A stretch of 63,888 nucleotides of DNA, counting the filler, from Sphacelaria rigidula (taxonomy: Eukaryota): assembly GCA_964200075.2 (NCBI GenBank). It is 11 parts of 11 records of this genome, joined end to end, with 100 filler letters (N's around TTAATTAATTAA, not from the genome) between each part and the next. Parts side by side here need not be neighbours in the genome. Positions count along the whole stretch, not along the records: positions 23,271 to 28,987 come from CAXNAA020025011.1; positions 29,088 to 34,804 come from CAXNAA020025012.1; positions 34,905 to 40,621 come from CAXNAA020025013.1; 8 more parts are not named here. One strand, written 5' to 3'. The position numbers were made by a program, and so were the translations under genes. The notes under the pieces are model-generated. The model did not search any database. It saw nothing but the letters and a program-made list of their open reading frames with translations, and was not told the DNA's origin. Below, piece by piece: positions 25,625 to 36,705 of this stretch (position 1 is its first letter; each line of letters opens with the position of its first letter).

Positions 25625-25788
25625 TTGGTGTGCGCCAGCATGAGGAATATCCCGTACACCACGGCAAACGACGTGATGAGGATGGTCGCCGACCGCCGCA
25701 GCCAGGGGGGGAAGCGATTTCCATACTGACGGGTGATGAGGTGGGCCACAATCAGCGCCAAGCCCTGCAGGAAAAGCTTCAACACCGT
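25625..25788 (-). CDS. 1,3-beta-glucan synthase, exon c
   Basis: acag|ACG and AA|GTAAGC (phase 0 to 2). TVLKLFLQGLALIVAHLITRQYGNRFPPWLRRSATILITSFAVVYGIFLMLAHT contains two TM-like segments. Confidence 0.8.
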
Positions 25789-26513
25789 CTGTTTTATTCC
25801 ATTGGCCATGGGCAAGTTGAGCATTGCAAGGGGAAAAAAGTGTTGGAAAAAAAAACGTAAAGGTGAAGAAAAAAAAAACAGTTTTCCTTTTGCTCCTCGC
25901 AAGGCGAGGAGCGGCGAGGAGCGTCGTCATGTGTGGTGACTTTTTTTTTTCTGCTCATGAAGTTTTCGGCCAAAAGACGAACGTACTTACATTTTCGATG
26001 CGGTGGTATCCACCTTCTCACACAACGTGGAAGGGGGGGGAAGGAAGGGGCGGAGGGGCTCTACCTTGTGCAATAGGGTGTCCACAACACACAATGCGCA
26101 GACATAGGCAAGAAGACAGTGCACGGAAAAGGTACACCCTCATACCTCGTTTTGCCCCAGGCCTCCCAAGCGTGTACCAACACAGCACAGCACAGCAAGG
26201 CACAGCACAAGCACAAGCGAACATACTTCGTACATAAACACACCACAGCACACCACAGCAAACAAGCTAGGCCGAAGCTCAAAAGAGTAGGGCGGCGCGT
26301 GCACTACCCCATGTTGACCGAGGGTTTTGGTGGACTAGACTACCTCACCGCCTTGAGCAAAGCTTTCCGAACGCTCGAGGCGCCTCCCCCACATGACTGC
26401 CGCGAGGCGGTATAGCCGAGCCTCTGGGAAATCAGTACACCGATCCGTTCGCGGGTACGTGCTGGATGAGGTTTCCTCTCTACTCCAAGCAAAACACAAT
26501 ACTTAATACTCAC

Positions 26514-26660
26514 CCTGATTTCATCGTGGTCAAGTGCCGCCAGCTTGGGCCCGCTGACACCGTAGCCGATGACAACATAGATCAACGGACGGACCATCAT
26601 CTGCAGCTTCTGGGTGAGGGTGAAGCGCACCAAGTAAGAGTTTTCCTCACGCCACCAGAC
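26514..26660 (-). CDS. 1,3-beta-glucan synthase, exon b
   Basis: acag|GTC and AGG|GTGAGT, 49 codons. VWWREENSYL completes the SWE.WW.EE motif. Confidence 0.88.
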
Positions 26661-27651
26661 CTGTTTCACATCACGTCAGACCCGTCAGTCGGATCGCGTG
26701 GCAAAACGCACGAACACGATAAAAACCGCGTTAAAAACAAAATACATACCCCAAACAAAAAACATACATACACTGTATATATATATGCATATATATATAT
26801 ATGTGTGTGTGTATGCTGTGCGCAATGCAAAATAGAAATTGCAAGGCAGAGATAACGGACGAAAATGACGAGGATGGACAAGATGCCGTAGAGGTGCTCA
26901 ACGCCCATGTCCGTTTGACTGAGGCACAAAACCGATCAAAATAAAATGAAGTATGACGAAACAGCGTATGTTGAATGCAAAAAGCATTACAGCGCACCCA
27001 CCCATAAATGGATACGTGAGTCAAGGTCATTTTCCGAGTGAACGTAGTGCCGATTCAGCAGACGGGACATCGCTACTGCAGGCGGTCATAGCATAAGAAC
27101 TGACGCAGCAGCTCGCAAACAAAAATGAACCGCCGACAACTCAAAAAGAAACCAAACAAAATAAACAAAACAATAAAAACGGGCTCGGGTTCTACCTACC
27201 GCTGAAAAATTGACGACGGAAGAACACGTGACAGATGCATACGACCAGCCCAGCCGCGAAACAACAAAAACCTCCAAGCACCACCAGCTCGAAAGCCGGG
27301 GCTCCACATCTCCGTACACGACACAAGAGAACACAGGCCATGAATCAACGTAAAACAAAACAAGCCCAACCCAAAACCTGAGGAAACAAACGGACACCAA
27401 TCTCCAATCCTCCAAACCAGGAACAGCACAATCAACGCTAAAAACACCCCATAACCCCCCCACACACCCCCGCCGCCGTACTTCATCCCGGCTTTGTAAG
27501 GATGCGAGGTCAACGGTCTATGGCATATATAAGATCATGAGTACACCCCCCCCCGAGCACCATCCTCCCCTTACAAAAAAAATAAAATCAAGAGACACCC
27601 GAACAGTCAATCCTCACACCTCCCAGCTGTTGTAGGCGTTTCCTCCGGTGC

Positions 27652-27719
27652 TCTGTCTCGAAAGGGATGCGTAGTCAATGGTCGAACCACTAAGGCAAGC
27701 AACAAATGAGTACACCCTG
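27652..27719 (+). mobile_element. ~68-bp LINE family A 3' fragment flanked by a ~102-bp direct duplication
   Basis: Insert tctgtctcgaaagggatgcgtagtcaatgg...gcaagcaacaaatgagtacaccc. Flanks 27550-27651 and 27720-27822 are near-identical and both start with a C-run. Confidence 0.8.
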
Positions 27720-27790
27720 CCCCCGAGCACCATCCTCCTCTTACAAAATAAAATAAAATAAAGAGACACCCGAACAGTCATTCCTCACAC

Positions 27791-28003
27791 CTCCCAGCTG
27801 TTGGAGGCGTTTCCTCCGGTGCCCGTCATCCATGCCATCCACATTTTGTAGTCCTGCACCACCTTCCCCCAGTGGAATGAGAGAGGGTTGAACCAGAAAG
27901 GAGCAAACAGGAAGCTCAGGCACGCCAGCCATAGCGACCACGTCATGCCGAAGTACTGCTTGGAGCTCGTCATGGCCCCCGTCACCACTAAGGCCACCAT
28001 GAG
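27791..28003 (-). CDS. 1,3-beta-glucan (callose/FKS-type, GT48) synthase, internal exon a
   Basis: gcag|CTC acceptor, GAG|GTGTGA donor, 71 codons. LMVALVV...WSLWLACLSFLFAPFWFNPLSFHWGKVVQDYKMWMAWMTGTGGNASNSWE matches the FAPF.FNP..F.W....D...W..W motif of GT48 synthases. Confidence 0.92.
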
Positions 28004-28606
28004 CTGCATGTTTGCGCGCCGAGTTTACCAGGATAGCGGAGTAACGCAGGGCGGGAGATTAGAGGGTGAGGGTCAAGATGACATTTGTCAAAAAAAAATA
28101 GAGATGATGTGTATCAAAATATCATCCTTCAACGTACATACGAGGCGAACAAAATTTTCAGTAAACACCAGATACACAATATTAGGAGGGTTTACCTGAC
28201 AATTATGTTTTTGTGGTCTTACACCGTAGCCAAACGGTATTTGTGGTAGTCATAATCCACGTATTATATATACATAAATGTGTGTGCCAGTCCGTGCAAG
28301 GGCAGTATGTCATCGCCTGCACAGTGGGGGAACTACGTAACGGTTGGCCAAACAAAGAAAAAAAACAAAGTGGCGGCGAGGAAAAATCGTTCAGAATGTT
28401 GCACATCTTGGACAATGTATGGTCACGTTGCACACCTTGGACAATATATTATCAACCTTGGTCAACGGACAATAGGTGCCATCGACATACACTTTATGCA
28501 GTAGATTTTGCCTATTGCAGCTTTTGACCATATATTGTCCAAGGTCTGGAAAGTTTTAGTTACACATGAGAGCAAAATCAAACCGGCAACGACAATCGGC
28601 GCTAAA

Positions 28607-28728
28607 GACGGCTGAAGGCCCTGTATTTGGTGGCACCGCAAGAGTAAATGCAACACGGATCTACATGAAAAATGTGACAGGGGATTTTGAAGAAACGGGA
28701 ACCACCAAATACAGGGCCTTCAGCGGTC
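28607..28728. mobile_element. Small MITE or hairpin (122 bp, 27-bp inverted repeats)
   Basis: gacggctgaaggccctgtatttggtgg ... ccaccaaatacagggccttcagcggtc, 26/27 complementary. No clear TSD. Confidence 0.65.
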
Positions 28729-29087
28729 ACGCTCGGTGGGAAGCTATATACTCGTACGACGTTGGGCTCAGACTCACTCGCCGAGTACTCGAACGACCGC
28801 ACGAGCCCTACCTGGACGGGATAAAGTGTTCATCCCTGTAGCCCAGTTAGGGCTCGGCTTATCCCTGCAGCTCAGTCTCGAAAGGGATGATTGGTCAATG
28901 AAAATCAATACCCCCGAGCCGCCCCAGACCGACATCACCGACGTCCACGACGCCACCACGGTCAACGCCTTGCCTCTAACGGCGCGCNNNNNNNNNNNNN
29001 NNNNNNNNNNNNNNNNNNNNNNNNNNNNNNNTTAATTAATTAANNNNNNNNNNNNNNNNNNNNNNNNNNNNNNNNNNNNNNNNNNNN

Positions 29088-29178
29088 TCTCCTGATCCCA
29101 GATCGCTCCGAGAGTTGAATCCACGACCCAACCGTCAGAGGGTTTCGGGTTACCAACTGAGCCATCGGGGTGACCGGC
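29088..29178 (-). mobile_element. tRNA-headed SINE family A, head (cut by contig end)
   Basis: Minus strand gccggtcaccccgatggctcagttggtaacccgaaaccctctgacgg...gtggattcaact has A-box TGGCTCAGTTGG and a B-box-like motif. Matches 49044-49140. Confidence 0.75.
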
Positions 29179-29756
29179 TGTCGTATGCGTGTATGATAAT
29201 CAATTGGTCGTCGTGTGCGTGTATGATAATCAATTGGTTGTTTGCCTTTGCACAACGTGGCTTCGTTTCAGCGGAGCTCGAAAGTTCTGGAATCAGGAGA
29301 CATCGGGAGAGAAAACAGGTCGTTCACTGGAAGTGTATCCCAATTTCATGTCGGAGCAATACGGGGTTCACCGTTCTCAGTGTGTGTGGGGGGAGTTATT
29401 GACCGTGACTTGATCCAGAACCACAGTTGCTCGGTTGTAGCGCAAGAAACAGCCAGAAATTACAAAACCTGAGGCTGTACAACTGTTTCACCAGAACGGT
29501 CGGGATTGGTCCGATCGAACAACACTAACAAAGAGCCAGACCCCGTGGCTGTGTACTTGTAGGACCCCCTACGGCCGGTCCGCCGCTATGTCGTTCAAAC
29601 TTGACCGGGAAAATGATCTCCCTCTCGGAACTCGTTTCGAGTGCTAAACGTTTGGTATTGAATGTTCACCGCGACCGGGACAAAAAGAGCTACCAGCCGA
29701 GAAAGTTTCCGCTCAAATGGTCACCCTACCACTCTATCTTTTACACACACGCACAC

Positions 29757-29869
29757 CTGGCAGAGCAGGTAGCCCGAGCTGTCGCGCATGACACCCACGT
29801 ACGGCTTGGATTCTCGGAACGAAATGTCGTCCGTCCTCAAGCAGCCCTCGTATAGGTAGTTCGGGCTAC
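29757..29869 (-). CDS. Coding exon, probable start of a WSC-like carbohydrate-binding domain
   Basis: ccccag|GT and CAG|GTGTGC. SPNYLYEGCLRTDDISFRESKPYVGVMRDSSGYLLCQ has the Y.GC...D...C pattern of WSC domain N-termini. Confidence 0.5.
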
Positions 29870-31007
29870 CTGGGGATAAAACCTTGCAGAAAGAGAAACG
29901 AAGCGAAGATAAACGAACGAACGAATGAACTAACGGACCAACGGATGTTCCGGCGAAGGCACGCGGCGTGCGACGGGTGTTCGGGAAAAGAGATGATAAA
30001 TCGAACCTTGAGGAACGAACTGCATGAAAAAAGCAGGTGACAAGAAAGAAACTGTGGAGACTATGTAGTGGACATAGATCTAATACACAGATTGTCGGAT
30101 GCACAATCAACCAGCCTGGTAAGATCCAGTGCAGTTCAGTGCAAGGCATCGGCAGGAACGGTCCAGGAACCGGAGCCAGTACGGTGAAGTGCGACGTGCC
30201 AAAAGGAACGGCTCGGGAACCAGTACTGTAGCGAATGTGACTACGGCTCCGTGCCTCCATATTGAAAGCGCTATAGTTGAGGTTCAGGGCTGAGGTTGAG
30301 AGACAACGTTCAGATATCACTGTACACCAAGCTAGGGCGTGACCTCTGAGGAAATAGCAAAAGCACGGCGATGCAGAGCGCCCCATGAGGGTCAGTCGTC
30401 TGCTCGACCCATCAAGATCTCTTGTGACAATTATCTCGCTCTGATACGAACAGTGCACTGCGAGGAAGCGCGCCACGGCCGCACACACCTCACGAGTGCA
30501 CAAAATCAACGCACACTGACGACTAATCCCCTCCATCCCTTCCTTCCCCCACGAAACACCCAAGCGACGGCACACGGGCGTGCGACGAGTCCCCGTTGAT
30601 GCGCCTGATAATTCAACCAGAGCCTTGTAGGTGAATCCCCATGGCACACATTCTCTCGCGAGAAGGAACGGATAAAAAGACAAATGCCTGACAGGATGAC
30701 GAAAACAACCGTCGTATTGATGTACAAAAGTCACTCGGATGATGGCGATGATGTGAAACATGTCTTGACGCCTAAAAGTCAATCCCTACCCCCCCCACAC
30801 GTTCCCCTCCTGTTGGAGGTTTGGCGTCGGTTGGCAACGACTCAGTAAAACACACCACTCATTGCGGAAGCTAGGCAACAAGGTGACCACTTTTTTTGCT
30901 CACGTGTTTTCCTTGCGGTAACCATGACGGTCGAGCTAGATCATATCATATGGTAGAGAACCTCAGCTCCGAGCAAAGGGGATGGTCGTACTGCGTAGTG
31001 TTTATAC

Positions 31008-31305
31008 GGTGAGATACTCATGAGGCAGTGTAGCCCGTGGCTGTTTCTGGAAGTGGCGATGTCAGAAAATGAAGCAACTCATTCGAGGCTGCCATCCATA
31101 GGCAACACTGTAGCGCGCTTCGGGCCGAAAGATCTGGTAGGATGTAGCTCACCCTCCATGCGACTCGCCGAACACATCACGGGGTTCGCGCTTGGTGACG
31201 GTTAGCCTGGTCCGGCAAAAACCCGGCGCGCTCCGTCTCGGCTTTGTAAGGATACGAGGCCAATGGTTTCATGAGTACGGCATACAAGATATGAGCACAC
31301 CCTCA
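31008..31305 (+). mobile_element. LINE family B 3' region
   Basis: Colinear with 25285-25550 (reverse) and 62750-63040. Ends atgagcacaccctc. Confidence 0.72.
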
Positions 31306-34121
31306 CACGTTCCTCGGGAGGAGTTCGTTGTCTCAAGGGATCGATCAGTCTCTCCCTCGGTACTTGCCTTGCGTTTCAGTATTGAGGATTAAATTACCAA
31401 TCCCCTCCGCAGCTCATCGACGTCCACCACATCATTTGGGACGGACGGGGCAAGATAACATAAGTCGTCTGTCGGGGACTCACGGGTGAGGCAACTATCC
31501 CTGCCTCGTGAGCAGGAGGTCTCGCCTGATGTGAATACCACCCTACAGAAGCGGAAAATTGCCACACGCGTCTGCCGATGACTCATCACCATTTAAGGTA
31601 CTGTGTGTCGAGTAAAGTGGACGAAAAAGAGTGCAAAAAGTTCGAGATAGAACGAACAACAATCGACAGCAGCAGCAGCGGCAGCAGCTGCAGCAAACGA
31701 AGCCACAGTGTGCAGGACGAGCACAAGGCACGAGACAGGGCCATTTTCGTCAACTACTCAAAACATGGTACATTTGTTTTCTGCGTATCAACTACAAGAA
31801 AAATCTTACAACAGGCGGCATATACGGCGTACGTCATTCGGATCTGCGTGGGGGCCACAGTCCCAAACACTCTCCAGGTATTGGCATGGCGTGCGCAGCA
31901 CGTGTTTTACCTTCGATCGGCGGATGACCCGCCGATTGGAGCCAGAACGAAGCACACACTGCCTAGGGCACCGTATACACCCCCTTTGCCCGGGGTTTCT
32001 CTGTCTGGATTGGGTTGGCGTTACGGTCAGGGTTAGCGTTATGGTTTGACAACAAAGAAGTATGCGCCAAACCATCGCTTCATGGCGCCGCACTGGCGTG
32101 AACCCACCCTCAGAGAAACAAAGGGTAGTGTGCACCTTGACAAAGACACACGATACAGAAGGACACCGAATTGATGACAGTGTGATATAGGATTGATCCC
32201 CCGCCCACTGTGAGACCCTTCATGAAAAAATGGGGTCACTCGGGCAACCAAAACATCCCGTTGACCGAAATACCTCGATGATATATACAGCTCCAATTGT
32301 AAATATATAGCTCTTAGTGGCGTGGCCGCCGGAGTATACGGACAATCGAGGTCCTGGTGGTTGTCAGGCAGGGGTGATACACCGCTGAAAGCACTCACGT
32401 GGTGATATTTACAAGGTGTTTGGCGCTTCGCGCCACCGTCCAACTTGAGCGATTCCAAGGCAAAGGATATGTGGAGAGTTTCGGAGCTGAAGGTATGATT
32501 TGGAGATAACTTGGGAATTTGGAGAAAAGGGGGGATCCTAGAAAGAGGATGGTAGTTGTCCGGGATGTGAAGTGATCTGGTGTTACTGTAGAGTATCCCC
32601 CCGTAGTGGTATCGGATACATTTCGGGGAAATGAAGTCATATCGATATAGTGCAACTACAAACTTTCGGGGAAAATCAAATCTTATGGCTCGAAACGGAA
32701 ACGAAAATATTGGCACTCTTGCACCACAGGGCCCGAAAACATCGAGGCCTGCAGCTGACGCCGCCGCTGCGCTCAGCAAAAGCGAATTCAGCCAAGGCAA
32801 TTAAATCGTCAGCTGTGATATTTGAGAACGCGATAACAATGCGGTTGACGCCGCTGTGCTCAGCGGGGGCGATCTCAGCCAGGGAATGTCTGCGTCAGCG
32901 GTTATAATTGAGGACGTGCTAATGCTGGGTGAACACTTGATAATTGACAAAAGGCAGTCCAAACTTGCTTCGTCATACAGGCTGTTATTTGGTTTTTACA
33001 ACAGCGGGTTCCCTGTGGACATAAGGGCACTGTCGTGCCACGGCGTGGCACGCAGTGCCGCAATGCATTTTTGCTCAAGTCGGACGACGCACGCTTTGAC
33101 TACGGAGCCACAGAAGACCCTCGCCGCCCGACTGTTTACGGTCTGCCTTCGGGGTTAGAGTCGGGGTTACCATTTGAGTGTGGTGGGCCAGTCTGTGAAA
33201 ACGATCCCGATATTATGTATTATCACGCCCGAAATGGTAAACAAACCTTGGAGAGGGCAAATGTACCGAGAGGGACCGAATAAAACGTGGATACTGAGTT
33301 CTCAGAGATGCGAAAAACGGAATGCTACGATTCGAGCGCGAACATCAACCCTTTCACCGCCAGGTGGGTCATCTGTTGAATTGGCATAATTTTCACGTAA
33401 AACATGATAACGAATCCCAGATCGCCAACCCTAACGGTCAAGTGATCAAGGAGATTCTTGTGACGTAATGATGAAGAGGGGCAAAGCAATATCCACTACA
33501 CGTCCACCAACCATCATCGCACCACCTCTACACACGAACAAAATATAATTCCTCGGCTTACAGGCACATGCTGACTAGCTCTGTGGCGAACGCTTTGAGC
33601 GTGTCTGTGATTGTCCCTGAAACACGTTGAAGGTCACCGCAGCTTTTCGTTTTCGCTTTCGCATTCGCAAAAACAAAAGGGTTGGTAATGCTGGGGTGAT
33701 GGAAAGGTGGCTACAAAGAGAAGGCGAAGGGGGTATAGTGGTGGAGGAATGGCAGAGGCAGCCGCCGCAAAGAGGAAGCCAGAGAGTAAGCGAGAACGGA
33801 CACAAAATTATTCCCTCGTACAAGACCCATATCAGATTTCTTGGCGGGAGCGAAAAGAGTTCGGTAGACTCGGAAGGAATGTCAAACGCTATGATTTGAA
33901 CAGGTTGAATGTTCGCCACAGATTTTCGTTTTCGTTTCCAATACAATATTTGGATGTAAAATGCTCGAGTGATGGGAGAGGTGGCCACAGAGAGGGAGCG
34001 AGAGGCAGTGATAGAGAGGGCAGGTGTGGCCAACAGAGAGACACACGGTGTCTTTGATCACACTCCGTCTATTTTGGAAAAATATGATTGAGCCTACATG
34101 TGTGTCTATGATTCAACAAAC

Positions 34122-34190
34122 CTGCGTCAGAGTCCTTTCCTTGATGCGAGTTCTGGCGCTGGGTCCTCTCTGCACGTTCACGTCGTTCAC
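34122..34190 (-). CDS. Possible short coding exon, unknown product
   Basis: ctgcag|GTG acceptor after a pyrimidine tract, CAG|GTTTGT donor, 69 nt open frame VNDVNVQRGPSARTRIKERTLTQ. Confidence 0.4.
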
Positions 34191-35339
34191 CTGCAGCAAT
34201 ACCAGTACAAAATAAAAAAGGACCCCGACAAAAACGGGGACGGTTGCAAAAGTAGCGAAAAAAAACGGTAAGGAGAGCCTCCTAGACACCACGCATATTC
34301 ACATCCAACACGCTCCTCACCAGCTATTTACGTCGGGATTTTCTTTCCGTCTTTACTTCTGCATAATTCCGGGAATGTTCCTTGGGAGCTAATGTTCCGT
34401 CGCCACATTGGGTAAGTTTTCGCCTTCGCCATAGAAAAATCGAGCGCACAAAACCCTTGAAAAGGATTGGCTTCCACCTGCCGCTCCATCTCCTCCACTT
34501 CCGACACGCGTCTCCATCCCCATAACCTCCAGAGTACTGTAGTCAATTATGAACACACACGCGTTTCACGACCACTTCACGGCGGCGTCCTGCTCAACAA
34601 CCTCCACACGAGAATGAACACAGCCGTGTTACAACAAAGTCCCTCTCACCAATTTCTGTGGCCCACGTGACGGTCGTCCCATCACATGATAAGGGATTGA
34701 TGGGTAGGTAGGTACGAGAGAAATGAAACAAATCGGGGCCCGCGTCAGTCTCGTGTGTGTAGGGTGGTAGTGGCGGTGGGGGGGGTGTACTCATGTGTAC
34801 GGTGNNNNNNNNNNNNNNNNNNNNNNNNNNNNNNNNNNNNNNNNNNNNTTAATTAATTAANNNNNNNNNNNNNNNNNNNNNNNNNNNNNNNNNNNNNNNN
34901 NNNNTCTCTTCTTTTTTCAGGGGGCCAAATCAATGGTGTTTTGACCATGACATGCATGATCATGAGGACCCCCCCCCCCCCCCCCTACAATATGAGGGCT
35001 GGATATGAAAATAGTGAAGCGAACCAGGGTCATGATCCAAAATTGCCTAGCGGGAGAGGGGTTGGTGAAGTCACGGTAGAGTTTGTGCGAATAAATACTG
35101 TGTGTGTAGAAATGTCTGTACGTTGTGCACTGAACTGTTGAACTATGCCCCTATGTTTTCGTGTCACATGAAACATGGGTGGCAGCTTCTTTTAACCATG
35201 AGATCTACATGCACTAAATCTTATGCTAGTCACGTGGAAGTCCGTTGTATAGAGACACAAAAGCGAGGCTTCTAGGCATCAACGTCAGCACTTGAAACAG
35301 TTACCGATACACTGACGCTGTGGTAATTTACCAATACTC

Positions 35340-36705
35340 CAAGGGCAGGTTGAGTAGAGTATACTCAACACTCGGTATTTTCGACGAGTCATACTTCTAG
35401 TACTCAAATTTTGAGTAGAGTATTTGAGGTCGTACTCGACCTACTCGAAATTTGAGTAGAGTATTGAGGTCATACCCAAGTAACACTCTATACTCAAGTA
35501 TTGCTGAGTTTGAGTAGAGTATTCGAGGCCGTACTCGACCTACTCAAATTTCGAGAAGAGTTTTGAGGTCATACCCAAGTGAAACTCTGCACTCAAGTAT
35601 CACTGAGAGTTTACTGAATGTTTGAGTAAAGTATTGGAGGTCGTGCTTGATCTACTCAATATTCGCGTACAGTATTTTAGGCCATACTCGACCTACTCGA
35701 ATGTTGAGTAGAGTATTTGACGTCATAATCAATCTGCTCAAAAAATGAGCAGATTATTTGAGGTAATGCTCAATCTACCTAAAATTTGAGTGGAGTATTT
35801 GAGGCCGCACCCAATCTACCTGAAAATTGGGTGGAGTATTTGATATACCCGACAACCCGTTTACTCGATTACTCAATGATTATGAGTAGCGCTCTGTACT
35901 GAAAGTGATATCGAAGGGGTTACAGGTATTAAGTATGTACTACCATGCGTGGGGGCAGGTGAGCTGGGGCAGGTAGGTACATTCACCTGCACCCTTCTTG
36001 TGTATTTTTTATGGCCATCATTCGCACACACTCATTGTAGCTCGTGACGTACCGTCACTCATCTAATTGATGACCATCGTTCGCCCATGTATTCAACATC
36101 GTCTGTGAAGTGACGTCACGAGGTCGCCGACGGTCACGGTTACTCATCATACCCAAGTGATACTCTATACTCAAGTATTACCGAGAGTGCTTACTCATTA
36201 TTTGAGTAGAGTATTTGAGGCCGTACCCAACCTAATAAAAATATTAGAGGAGTATTTGAGGCCGTACTCGACCCACTCAAAATTTGAGAAGAGTGTTGAG
36301 GTCATACCCAAGTGATACTCTATACTCAAGTATTACCGAGAGTGCTTACCCAATATTTGAGTAGGGTATTGGAGGTCGTACCCAACCTACTCAGAATATG
36401 AGCGAAGTATTTGAGGCCGTACTCGACCTACTCAAAATATGAGAGGACTATTTGAGGCCGTACTCGACCTACTCAAAATTTGAGAAGACTATTGAGGTCA
36501 TACCCAAGTGATACTCTATGCTCAAGTATTACTGAGGGTGCTTCCTCATTATTTGAGCAGAGTATTGGAGGTCGTACTCAGTCTACTCAATTTTTGAGTA
36601 GAGTATTTGAGGCCGTACTCAACCTACTCAAAAATTGAGTAGAGTAAATACTCCGGTATTTTACTCGAGTACTCAAAAGTACATACCTTACTCGATCTAC
36701 CCTTG
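35340..36705. mobile_element. Non-autonomous hAT-type element (1366 bp) filled with a ~41-bp satellite
   Basis: TIRs CAAGGGCAGGTTGAGTA / TACTCGATCTACCCTTG. 8-bp TSD CAATACTC (35332-39) / CAACACTC (36706-13). Two arrays of tttgagtagagtatttgaggccgtactcgacctactcaaaa at ~35400-35890 and ~36145-36660. Confidence 0.85.

Noticed and set aside
26345..26460. Extra glucan synthase exon
   Set aside because: The obvious acceptor gives an in-frame stop, and exons b and c already join in phase.
29721..30782. 353-aa minus-strand ORF
   Set aside because: Only the final 113 nt has splice sites and protein-like character; the rest reads like intron sequence.
32039..32800. 253-aa ORF with a signal-peptide-like start
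   Set aside because: No domain recognised and non-ATG start; possibly a decayed TE, but unsupported.
35400..36660. CRISPR-like repeat array
   Set aside because: Units are head-to-tail and degenerate with no unique spacers, there are no cas genes, and the array lies within hAT-type TIR/TSD.
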